NCBI GenBank assembly: GCA_021650915.1
Contig: CP091279.1
Span: 540,001 to 572,000, forward strand
Reading direction: 5' to 3'
From: Candidatus Brocadia sp.
GTDB lineage: Bacteria; Planctomycetota; Brocadiia; Brocadiales; Brocadiaceae
DNA length: 32,000 nt
Shown: piece after piece, positions 1 through 8,309 of the stretch
Numbering within the stretch: the stretch's first letter is position 1
Layout: each line of letters opens with the position of its first letter
Notes under the pieces: generated by a model
Databases searched by the model: none
Seen by the model: only the letters and a program-made list of their open reading frames with translations
Told to the model about the DNA's origin: nothing
Position numbers and translations under genes: made by a program

Positions 1-2781
1 ATAAATCCGGAAATCGGCACAGAAGAGGAATACAACGAAATGATCCGTGAACTCCGGAAATATGGGATGGGACAAATTCTCGATATTGTTCCCAACCACA
101 TGTGCATTACCAGTAACGAGAATAGCTGGTGGATGGACGTCCTTGAGAATGGGCCAAGTTCCGTCTATGCTGATTTCTTTGACATAGACTGGGAACCCGT
201 AAAGATTGAGTTAAAAAATAAGGTGCTTATCCCTATTTTAAACGATCAGTATGGTAATGTGCTCGAAAGACAGGAATTGCAGCTTGCCTTCGAGAACGGC
301 GATTTCTTCCTTTCTTATTTTCAGCATAAATTCCCCATAAGGCCAAAGACATATAGAGACATACTACAGCATGGCATCGATAGGCTGAAAAATCATCTCT
401 CTCCTGAAGACCCTAATTTGAATGAGCTTTTAAGTATTATCACGGCATTAAATCACTTGCCCCCATACACGGAGAAGGATCAGGAAAAGATTGCTGAACG
501 ATACCGCGAGAAGGAAATTATAAAGAAACGATTATGGAATCTCTATCGTGAAATTCAGGAGATTCAGGCATTCATAAATGAAACGGTAAAAATGTTTAAT
601 GGAGTAAAGGAAAAGTCCGAAAGCTTTGATCCTCTGGACCATCTCCTTAATCAACAGATATACAGACTCTCAAAATGGAGCGTAGCTACTGAGGAAATAA
701 ACTACCGGAGATTCTTCGATATCAATGACCTTGCAGCTATCAGAATGGAAAACCCGTTTGTTTTTAAAGAAACCCATACCCTGATTTTTAAACTTATCAG
801 GAATGGGGCGGTTACTGGCTTGAGAATTGACCATCCTGACGGACTCTATAACCCTTCGGAATATTTCCGCAGGTTGCAGAGAAACTGTTTTCTTCATAAA
901 AGACTGAATCTTACCGGAACTCTAGCGGAAACTCCCGATGGAGAGACTGCGCTACTGAGGCAATACCAGGAGCTTCTATCAAAAGATTCCCAGATGAAGG
1001 CCTTTTATATCGTTGGCGAAAAAATCTTTATCAAAGGAGAAAAGATGCCTGAAGACTGGCCCATCTTCGGCACGACAGGGTATGTCTTTTTAAACTCCCT
1101 GAATGGCATCTTTGTTGAGACCACGAATGCAAAAATATTTGACGATATATACGGCAGATTTATCAGGTCAAAGGTCGTTTTTCAAAAGGTTGTTTATGAA
1201 AAGAAAAAATTAATTATGGAAGTGATCATGTCGAGTGAAGTCAATACCCTGGGGCATTACCTGAACCGGTTGTCGGAAAAAAACCGGCTTACAAGAGATT
1301 TTACCCTGAACAGCCTCACAAACGCTATAAAGGAAGTCATCGCCTTCTTCCCGGTGTACAGAACCTATATAAAACCATCCGAGGTGACAGAAAGGGACCG
1401 GCGGTATATTGAGATTGCCGTGTCAAAGGCAAAAAGAAATAATCCTGCTATGAGCGAATCAGTTTTTGACTTTCTCAAAGACGTTCTTTTGTTGAAATAT
1501 CCTGAAAATTTTAAGGATGCCGATCAAAAAGAATGGCTTGACTTCGTCATGAAGTTTCAGCAGGTCACCGGACCGGTCACAGCGAAAGGGCTTGAGGATA
1601 CGACCTTTTATATTTATAACCGTCTCGTTTCTCTCAACGAAGTGGGAGGAAGTCCGGAAAGATTTGGCGTACTCATGGAGACCTTTCATGGACAAAACAT
1701 AGAAAGATGCAAGTTCTGGCCTCACACCCTTATTGCCACCACCACCCATGACTCAAAACGCAGTGAAGATGTGCGGGCAAGGATTAATGTCTTGTCGGAA
1801 ATTCCTGATGAATGGAGATCCTGTTTAACGCGGTGGAGACGACTAAACAAAAAAAATGCCGTCGTTGCAGAAGGCCAGACGATACCGGATCCGAATGAGG
1901 AATACCTGCTGTACCAGACCCTTGTAGGTGCATGGCCCATTGAACCAATGACCATATCGGGATACGAGATATTCAAGAAACGGATTAAAGATTACCTGGT
2001 AAAGGCGCTGAGGGAGGCAAAGGTCAACACAAGCTGGATAAATCCCAATGCAAATTACGAGAATATCGTGATAAGCTTTATCGAGGCCATCTTGAACAAT
2101 ACGCGAAGAAATAAGTTTCTGAAAGATTTTCAGATATTTCAGAAGAAGATTGCCCATTGCGGCATATATAACTCGCTCTCCCAGACATTGCTGAAAATAA
2201 CCTCCCCAGGAATCCCTGATTTTTACCAGGGAACTGAGTTGTGGGATTTCAGTCTCGTTGATCCAGACAACCGCCGGCCTGTTGATTACAACGTAAGAAT
2301 CAAGATGCTGGAGGAACTGAAAAAGAACGAGCAGGAAGTGGCGCCGTCAGCGCTTGCCAGGGAATTGACTATCAACAAAGATACCGGAAAGATAAAGCTC
2401 TACCTGGTGTATAAAGCCCTTAATTACCGAAAAATAAACCGGGAAATATTTGAGCGCGGAGAATATACCCCTCTTGAAGTTATGGGAGAAAAAGCCATAC
2501 ATGTTTGTTCGTTTGCCCGGAAATTAGACAATTCTACGGTACTGGTTGTTGTCCCCAGATTTTTTACACGGCTTGCGCAGCAACCCGATAGCATGCCCTT
2601 GGGCAATGAAGTATGGAAAGACTCGTTTATTATTCTACCAGATGAAGGAATAGGGAAAAAATATCGAAATATTTTTACCGGGGAAGTTGTTGTTTCTTCA
2701 CATCACAAAGGATCGACCATCTTGTATTTATCAGAAATATATGCTCATTTTCCCGTGGCTCTCTTGGAAAGGATCGCCTGA
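1..2781 (+). CDS. treY: malto-oligosyltrehalose synthase (TreY), 5' end outside window
   Basis: Frame 1 is open from nt 1 (INPEIGTEEEYNEMIRELRKYGMGQILDIVPNHM...). It has the GH13-type DIVPNHM motif and an RIDHPDGL catalytic-region motif. Length and colinearity are typical of TreY. The listed ATG at 40 is internal. Confidence 0.9.
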   Translation: MNPEIGTEEEYNEMIRELRKYGMGQILDIVPNHMCITSNENSWWMDVLENGPSSVYADFFDIDWEPVKIELKNKVLIPILNDQYGNVLERQELQLAFENGDFFLSYFQHKFPIRPKTYRDILQHGIDRLKNHLSPEDPNLNELLSIITALNHLPPYTEKDQEKIAERYREKEIIKKRLWNLYREIQEIQAFINETVKMFNGVKEKSESFDPLDHLLNQQIYRLSKWSVATEEINYRRFFDINDLAAIRMENPFVFKETHTLIFKLIRNGAVTGLRIDHPDGLYNPSEYFRRLQRNCFLHKRLNLTGTLAETPDGETALLRQYQELLSKDSQMKAFYIVGEKIFIKGEKMPEDWPIFGTTGYVFLNSLNGIFVETTNAKIFDDIYGRFIRSKVVFQKVVYEKKKLIMEVIMSSEVNTLGHYLNRLSEKNRLTRDFTLNSLTNAIKEVIAFFPVYRTYIKPSEVTERDRRYIEIAVSKAKRNNPAMSESVFDFLKDVLLLKYPENFKDADQKEWLDFVMKFQQVTGPVTAKGLEDTTFYIYNRLVSLNEVGGSPERFGVLMETFHGQNIERCKFWPHTLIATTTHDSKRSEDVRARINVLSEIPDEWRSCLTRWRRLNKKNAVVAEGQTIPDPNEEYLLYQTLVGAWPIEPMTISGYEIFKKRIKDYLVKALREAKVNTSWINPNANYENIVISFIEAILNNTRRNKFLKDFQIFQKKIAHCGIYNSLSQTLLKITSPGIPDFYQGTELWDFSLVDPDNRRPVDYNVRIKMLEELKKNEQEVAPSALARELTINKDTGKIKLYLVYKALNYRKINREIFERGEYTPLEVMGEKAIHVCSFARKLDNSTVLVVVPRFFTRLAQQPDSMPLGNEVWKDSFIILPDEGIGKKYRNIFTGEVVVSSHHKGSTILYLSEIYAHFPVALLERIA

Positions 2782-2918
2782 TGCAGAAACTTTTTATTCT
2801 TTGCTTATTGTTATCTCCTTATATTTTTGAAGAACTCTGATTCTTATGCGGTCAAAGTATTTACAAAAATAAGAAACACCATTGCCCAACAGGAGATAAC
2901 CATGATGAAAGAATCGTC

Positions 2919-3152
2919 ATGCAGCATTCAATCCTCATGCAGGTATGGTGGTCACTGACGCCGGGCGCGTGCCTTGGCGGAAACGGCTCGCCGGTTGGCG
3001 CATCCGCCAAGGTGATTACCCTGGGGCTGGCGAATAAGGCGGGATGCCCAATATCATTCAAAAAATTCATTGTTTATGCTGTGCCCATTACCGTTGAGTC
3101 GATTATCATATCAACGCTTTATATCTGGTTACGATATTATCTCTTTATGTAA
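2919..3152 (+). pseudogene. C-terminal remnant of an ArsB/NhaD (anion permease) family transporter
   Basis: The 77-aa ORF ends ...LGGNGSPVGASAKVITLGLANKAGCPISFKKFIVYAVPITVESIIISTLYIWLRYYLF. This matches the conserved last hairpin and TM of ArsB/NhaD/CitMHS-type permeases (GGNxTxIGASANV...G..ISF..F.K.G.P). The roughly 350 aa that should precede it are absent, because treY ends at 2781. Confidence 0.55.
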
Positions 3153-3178
3153 CGTGGGCAATACCTTGTGAATAACAG

Positions 3179-5275
3179 ATGCTCGTTACCAAAATAGGAA
3201 CAAATACATCGTCACCGCCCGCATTACATCAGTCCGTTCAATATCTGAAAGGCGTCGGGCCAAGGCGAAGTGAAATCTATGGAAAGCTGGGAATCCATAC
3301 GATACGTGACATGCTCTTTTATTTCCCAAGGGATTACAAAGACCGCAGCCGTGTACAAAAGATTTCCGAGGCCAGGATAGGGTCAGAAATTACCATTTTC
3401 GGAAGAGTGCTTGGCGTTCAAACAAGGACGGCAAGAAGCCGGAAGAACATTCTGGAGGTCTTTGTCGGAGATGGAACCGGTTCAATTGCTGCGACCTGGT
3501 TTAATCAACCGTTTCTCGCAAAGAAATTTCATGTGGGCAACCGTGTCCTTCTGCATGGCAAGGTGGGGGCATATAAATATCTCCAGGTATTAAGTCCCGA
3601 ATATGAAATCATCCAGGATGAGGAAATGAATGTGAAGGATGGGGGCATCCTGCCAGTTTACCCGCTTACCGAACATATGAGTCAGGGTCATTTCCGAAAG
3701 ATCATGAAGGATGCGGTGTGCCATTTTGCCGGTGCTGTTGATGAAATACTCCCGACAGAGATTATCAGGAAAAATCAGTTGCTTTCCCTACGCGATGCAA
3801 TAGCAAATATCCACTTCCCTGAGACGCCTGAGCTCCTGAAGCAGGCAAGATTCAGACTGGTTTACGATGAATTGTTTACCCTTGAAGTGGCGATGGCTCT
3901 GAGAAAGCGCGGCATTCAGGCGGAAACGGGAATTTCGTTCAAGATCGGAGCCAACGTCGATGCGCATATCCGCAAGCTTATCCCTTTCCCCCTGACAAAT
4001 GCGCAGGAACGGGTAATTCGGGAAATTACTGAAGATATGCGCGGCAGCAAGCCCATGAACCGATTGTTGCAGGGTGACGTTGGTTCGGGGAAGACCGTTG
4101 TGGCAATGTATGCCATCCTTGCCGCCATTGCCAACGGTTACCAGACCGCTCTTATGGCGCCTACGGAAATACTGGCAAAACAGCATTTCCAGACTATACA
4201 GAAATACCTCCTTCACTCTCATGTCAGGACACACGTGCTGATAGGAGACACCAATCTTCGGCAGAGAAAGGACACCCTTGATCGCATCAAAACGGGGCAG
4301 GTCGATCTCGTTGTCGGAACGCATGCCCTTATCGAAGAAACGGTTCAGTTTCACCGGTTGGGTCTTGTGGTGATAGATGAACAGCACAAATTTGGCGTGG
4401 TGCAACGTCTGAATTTAAAAAAGAAGGGGGGGGCTCCCGACGTGCTGATCATGACGGCAACGCCCATTCCCCGCACCCTTTCTCTTACCTTATTTGGCGA
4501 TCTGGACTTTTCCCTCCTGGATGAAATGCCGCCTGGCCGCTCTCCGGTGAAGACCCTCTGGATCACCAAAGAAAAGGAGCTGGGCTCCTATCGTTTTATT
4601 CATGATGAAATTGTGAAGGGGCGGCAGGTGTTTATCGTCTATCCTCTTGTTGAAGAATCGGAATCCTTTGACCTGAAAGCAGCCGTTACCGAGGCGAAAA
4701 GACTGCAAAGTGAAGTCTTTCCGTCACACCGGGTGGGTTTGCTTCATGGCCAAATGAAGTCTTCCGATAAAGATAAGGTTATGGCGGATTTCAAGGAAAA
4801 AAAATATGATATTCTGGTCTCTACGGTGATCATTGAAGTAGGCATCGACATCCCTAACGCCACGGTAATGGTTATCGTTCATGCGGAACGGTTTGGCCTC
4901 TCCCAGCTCCACCAGTTACGCGGACGCATTGGGCGGGGAAGCGAGCAGTCGTATTGCCTGCTCTTTGGAAATCCCACCAGTTCCGTGTCGAACGAGCGGC
5001 TTAAGATTATGGCCATGACCAGTGATGGATTCAAAATTGCCGAGATGGATTTCAGGTTAAGGGGGCCAGGCGAATTTTTTGGGACACGTCAGCATGGATT
5101 GCCTGAGCTGAGAATCAGTGACCTCATAAAAGACTTTCCCATCCTCAAAAAAGCCCGCAGCGATGCCTTTGAGCTCGTATCGAAAGATCCTCAGCTTACG
5201 ATGGAAACCCACATCAGGATAAGAGAGCGGGTATTGGAAACCTTTAAAGACCGGTTAGAGCTCATGAACATTTGA
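3179..5275 (+). CDS. recG: ATP-dependent DNA helicase RecG
   Basis: N-terminus LQYLKGVGPRR...FYFPRDY is typical of RecG. An OB/wedge region follows. Helicase motifs are GDVGSGKT, DEQHKFGV, MTATPIPRT and QLHQLRGRIGRG. Confidence 0.95.
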   Translation: MLVTKIGTNTSSPPALHQSVQYLKGVGPRRSEIYGKLGIHTIRDMLFYFPRDYKDRSRVQKISEARIGSEITIFGRVLGVQTRTARSRKNILEVFVGDGTGSIAATWFNQPFLAKKFHVGNRVLLHGKVGAYKYLQVLSPEYEIIQDEEMNVKDGGILPVYPLTEHMSQGHFRKIMKDAVCHFAGAVDEILPTEIIRKNQLLSLRDAIANIHFPETPELLKQARFRLVYDELFTLEVAMALRKRGIQAETGISFKIGANVDAHIRKLIPFPLTNAQERVIREITEDMRGSKPMNRLLQGDVGSGKTVVAMYAILAAIANGYQTALMAPTEILAKQHFQTIQKYLLHSHVRTHVLIGDTNLRQRKDTLDRIKTGQVDLVVGTHALIEETVQFHRLGLVVIDEQHKFGVVQRLNLKKKGGAPDVLIMTATPIPRTLSLTLFGDLDFSLLDEMPPGRSPVKTLWITKEKELGSYRFIHDEIVKGRQVFIVYPLVEESESFDLKAAVTEAKRLQSEVFPSHRVGLLHGQMKSSDKDKVMADFKEKKYDILVSTVIIEVGIDIPNATVMVIVHAERFGLSQLHQLRGRIGRGSEQSYCLLFGNPTSSVSNERLKIMAMTSDGFKIAEMDFRLRGPGEFFGTRQHGLPELRISDLIKDFPILKKARSDAFELVSKDPQLTMETHIRIRERVLETFKDRLELMNI

Positions 5276-5282
5276 ATTTACG

Positions 5283-5430
5283 TAACACTTTAGTTTTTGA
5301 AAAATCCCAATAAAGGCGATGTTTACCATACCGTGCAGGGGCGAAGCATTTGCCATACATTGGCACACAGGTATTCACACCCCAGTCAGGCAAATGCTTC
5401 GCCCCTACCTTTTCAAAAACTAAAGTGTTA
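5283..5430. repeat. 148-bp nested inverted-repeat (MITE-like) element
   Basis: Perfect 21-bp outer arms: taacactttagtttttgaaaa (5283-5303) and its reverse complement (5410-5430). Perfect 18-bp inner arms: aggggcgaagcatttgcc (5337-5354) and its reverse complement (5389-5406). A TA dinucleotide lies at both termini. Confidence 0.75.
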
Positions 5431-5618
5431 TGATTTTTATCATCTTATTTTTAAAAGGCTGGATAATATGAAACGGTAGTATGAGCCATAAAAATCCCCT
5501 TTAATAAGGGGGCAAGGGGTTGTAAAATAGCCCTGAAAAGAAAAACATAATCTCGCTTTGCTAAGGGGGGATTAGCTTAACTTTGCAAAGAAGAGTAAAT
5601 GGGATGGATTCGTGAAGG

Positions 5619-5660
5619 CGTATCAGCGTATCAGAAGGGATATGATACGCCGTATATAAT
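5619..5660 (+). promoter_or_regulatory. candidate operator plus -10 box upstream of the TIR-STAND gene
   Basis: The 8-mer GCGTATCA occurs twice in tandem (5619-5626, 5627-5634) and once inverted (TGATACGC, 5643-5650). A consensus TATAAT follows at 5655-5660, then AAGGA (5674-5678) and ATG 5687. I see no good -35 box. Confidence 0.3.
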
Positions 5661-5686
5661 GAAATTTTCTGACAAGGAATGTGCAT

Positions 5687-7933
5687 ATGGAGTACGACAT
5701 TTTTTTCAGTTATCCGCATAAAGATGCGAAAGAAGTGCAGCATATCTTGCAAGCGCTTCAGGCTGAGGGATTGAATGTCTGGATAGATAAGAGCGAGATC
5801 CGCGACTACGAGAGCATCACCAGATCCATCGTTGGAGGGCTTGCGCATGCAAAAGTCCTTCTGGCATATTATTCCCTCAACTACTGGCGCTCCCGTGCAT
5901 GTCAGTGGGAGCTGACCGCAGGATTTCTTGCTGCGCAGCGCGAGGGTGATGCACGAAGGCGCATCCTGGTCATCAATCCGGAAGAGAAGGCAGGGCACAT
6001 CCATCCTGTGGAACTTCGGGATGAGCTCTTCCAGAAAGCGCCAGCGGATGCCGAAGCTCTGAGAAAGCTTGTCCAGAGCGTGAAAGCGCACGTCTCCGGG
6101 ATCAAAAACACGATCGGAGCGATCTACGCCCTCACACAGCCCCGCTGGTACGGCAGGAAAGGCGCAGGTTCGAACAGGTTCGTGGGGAGACTTCCCGATA
6201 TGTGGCGCATCCATTCGGCATTACATTCATCAGGAGTACCCGTAATAACCGGCGCTGTGGCAAGCGCGGTCGTCCAGGTGCAGGGTATGGGCGGTGTGGG
6301 AAAATCGCTCCTTGCCGAGGAATATGCCCTTCGCTATGCAGCGGCATTTCCAGGCGGTGTGTTTTGGCTCAGGGCGCTGGGGAACGATGATACAAAAACT
6401 GCAATGGGAGAGGAGCGTGAGGCAGAGCACATAAGGCAGATCTCGGATTTTGCCGTAAGCTTTGGCATATTTGTTAAGGACAGGAGCCCGGAGGAGATAG
6501 AAGCGGGTCTTGCAAGAGAGCTTGAGCGCAGAGGGCTGCCTTATCTATGGATTGCGGATGATGTCCCCTCAGGAATGGAAAGAGAGGCGCTGCACAAGTG
6601 GCTAGCGCCGCATCCCTCTGGAAAGACCCTTATCACCACGCGCACAAGGGAGTATAACGCACTGGGAACGCTCATTCCCCTGGGTGTCCTTGCGCCCGAA
6701 GAAGCGTATGAACTTCTGACCTTACGGCGTAAACCCGCAGGAAAGACGGAAGAAGACGCTGCACGTATGCTGACAGAGGATCTGGGGTATCATGCACTGG
6801 CTGTGGACGTTGCCGGCGCGCTGCTTGATGCAAAAAAAGGTTTAGAGTCTTTTGCTGAATTCAGAAAGAAACTTGTTGACACCCAAAGGGACGAACTGGA
6901 ATACGCCTCAAAACTGAAGGAAATTCTTCCAACCGGGCACGAGAAGAGTATCGCCAGCACCCTCCTTCGCAGTATCCGGCAACTTGAACCTGAGGGGCTT
7001 GATTTCCTGCGTCTGGCCTCTGTACTCGCTGTGGCTCCGATCCCTGCTTCTTTAGTTTCCGCAGTATTTTCAAAGGCAGATAATCTGGATGAAGAGGCAG
7101 GCAAGCATCGTGCAATGTTTGCCTTCGATCAGGTGGAGAATCTCTCTCTTGCAGAAGGGTCTGATGAGGAATCGGGAGCCAAAACCGTACACACCCTGGT
7201 CTCACGCACCGTGCGGTTTCACGAAACGATGCCTGATCGGATAGATTTAATTCAGGCTGCGGCGGTCAGTGTTCTCACTGATGGACTTTCAGTGATAGCA
7301 GACGGCAGAATCCACAGCGAACTCAAACTCGAAGTCGCACATGCAAGGCAGCTTGTGAACCGTGGTGATGACATTCCAACAGCGAACATTACAGGCTGGC
7401 TTGCAGGGTACGATCATCTGTATGGCGCATACCGATCTGCAGAAATGCTGCTTCGCAGGGAGCTGGACATACGAAACCGCATACTGGGCGATGTGCACCC
7501 GCATACGCTTCGCACCATGAACAACATTGCAGAAACGCTCAGGGCCCAGGGCGATCTTGCCAGCGCGCACAAACTCAACGAGCAGGTGCTTGAAATAAAG
7601 CGAAAGATACTGGGCGACGAGCACCCGGATACGCTTATGACCATGAACAACCTTGCTGAAATGCTCAGTGATCAGGGCGATCTTGCCGTCGCGCGCAAAC
7701 TCGAGGAACAGGTGCTTGAAAAAAGGCGAAGGATACTGGGTGATGAGCACCCGGATACGAGTCTTTCCGCATGGAACCTCGTTGTGACGCTTCTTCATAT
7801 CGGTGATGCTGCAGAGGCTATGGAGATTCTCAGCAAACATCTTCTCTGGCTGCTTTCTCGTGACCCTGCCACGCTTGAAGCGAACCAGCAGAAGATACGG
7901 GAGATGATCATTGAGAGTATACCAAAGAAGTAA
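5687..7933 (+). CDS. TIR / NB-ARC / TPR STAND NTPase (NLR-like candidate immune protein)
   Basis: The ORF track starts at GTG 5681; ATG 5687 has the better RBS spacing. TIR region: YDIFFSYPHKD...VWIDKSEI...YYSLNYWRSRACQWEL, with a Glu codon at 5909-5911 in the catalytic-Glu position. Walker A GMGGVGKS is at 6284-6307 and Walker B is LWIADDV. LITTRTRE is RNBS-B-like, LGYHALAVDVAG is GLPLA-like, and DFLRLASVLA is winged-helix-like. The C-terminus has three or more 42-aa KLC-type TPRs (ILGDxHPDTLxxMNNLAxxL). Confidence 0.9.
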   Translation: MEYDIFFSYPHKDAKEVQHILQALQAEGLNVWIDKSEIRDYESITRSIVGGLAHAKVLLAYYSLNYWRSRACQWELTAGFLAAQREGDARRRILVINPEEKAGHIHPVELRDELFQKAPADAEALRKLVQSVKAHVSGIKNTIGAIYALTQPRWYGRKGAGSNRFVGRLPDMWRIHSALHSSGVPVITGAVASAVVQVQGMGGVGKSLLAEEYALRYAAAFPGGVFWLRALGNDDTKTAMGEEREAEHIRQISDFAVSFGIFVKDRSPEEIEAGLARELERRGLPYLWIADDVPSGMEREALHKWLAPHPSGKTLITTRTREYNALGTLIPLGVLAPEEAYELLTLRRKPAGKTEEDAARMLTEDLGYHALAVDVAGALLDAKKGLESFAEFRKKLVDTQRDELEYASKLKEILPTGHEKSIASTLLRSIRQLEPEGLDFLRLASVLAVAPIPASLVSAVFSKADNLDEEAGKHRAMFAFDQVENLSLAEGSDEESGAKTVHTLVSRTVRFHETMPDRIDLIQAAAVSVLTDGLSVIADGRIHSELKLEVAHARQLVNRGDDIPTANITGWLAGYDHLYGAYRSAEMLLRRELDIRNRILGDVHPHTLRTMNNIAETLRAQGDLASAHKLNEQVLEIKRKILGDEHPDTLMTMNNLAEMLSDQGDLAVARKLEEQVLEKRRRILGDEHPDTSLSAWNLVVTLLHIGDAAEAMEILSKHLLWLLSRDPATLEANQQKIREMIIESIPKK
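7481..7800 (+). repeat. 126-bp tandem repeats encoding the TPR units of the STAND protein
   Basis: Units start at 7481, 7607 and 7733, each beginning atactggg(c/t)ga. My hand alignment of units 1 and 2 gives 105/126 identical nucleotides. Confidence 0.8.
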
Positions 7934-8014
7934 TTAGCCTGAGCAGCAGCAGTAAGTAATGTAGTATCTTCTAAAAACAATTTTGACATTTTTAACAAAA
8001 ATATGAATAAAATT

Positions 8015-8047
8015 AACCCTGTCAGGGTTTTAAACCCTGACAGGGTT
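8015..8047. repeat. 33-bp perfect dyad (15-bp stem, 3-nt loop)
   Basis: aaccctgtcagggtt (8015-8029), tta, aaccctgacagggtt (8033-8047). Unit 1 is the exact reverse complement of unit 2, and each unit is also internally palindromic. A second imperfect hairpin, cctgtgcgtg-atcg-cacgcagacagg, lies at 8067-8092. Confidence 0.7.
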
Positions 8048-8181
8048 GACTCGCGAATTCCGCCTGCCTGTGCGTGATCGCACGCAGACAGGTGCTTCGG
8101 ACTTTGTCTTTTCCGACTTGTTCGGGTTAGAGATCACCCATTTATTTTCAGTGGCATGCAATTGACGGCAGAACGAGGTTT

Positions 8182-8213
8182 TTTGGTGGATTCGCTCCGC
8201 GTAATCCACCCTT
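8182..8213. repeat. REP-like hairpin (GGTGGAT...ATCCACC family)
   Basis: ggtggatt (8185-8192) pairs with aatccacc (8203-8210) around the loop cgctccgcgt. It is the same family as the three copies at 11489-11678. Confidence 0.7.
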
Positions 8214-8309
8214 ATATAGTATTACCGTATAAAATCTTTCTTTTTTTGCAAGTTTTTTTCCAACCCTATTTACCCTTTATCAGAAGTTGCAGTTTGTTTA
8301 TGAGAGAAG

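Noticed and set aside
3788-4405. 205-aa minus-strand ORF inside recG
   Set aside because: It is antisense to the conserved helicase core of recG and has no independent signals.
5283-5430. Retron-like msr/msd interpretation of the nested inverted repeats next to a defence-type gene
   Set aside because: No reverse-transcriptase ORF lies anywhere nearby. The inner hairpin is a dispersed repeat with another copy at 11133-11197, so a MITE or REP explanation is simpler.
5561-6214. 217-aa minus-strand ORF, plus other antisense ORFs at 5902-6430, 6790-7205 and 7289-7840
   Set aside because: All lie antisense to the motif-rich TIR-STAND gene, have no recognisable motifs, and are the expected by-product of a GC-richer coding region.
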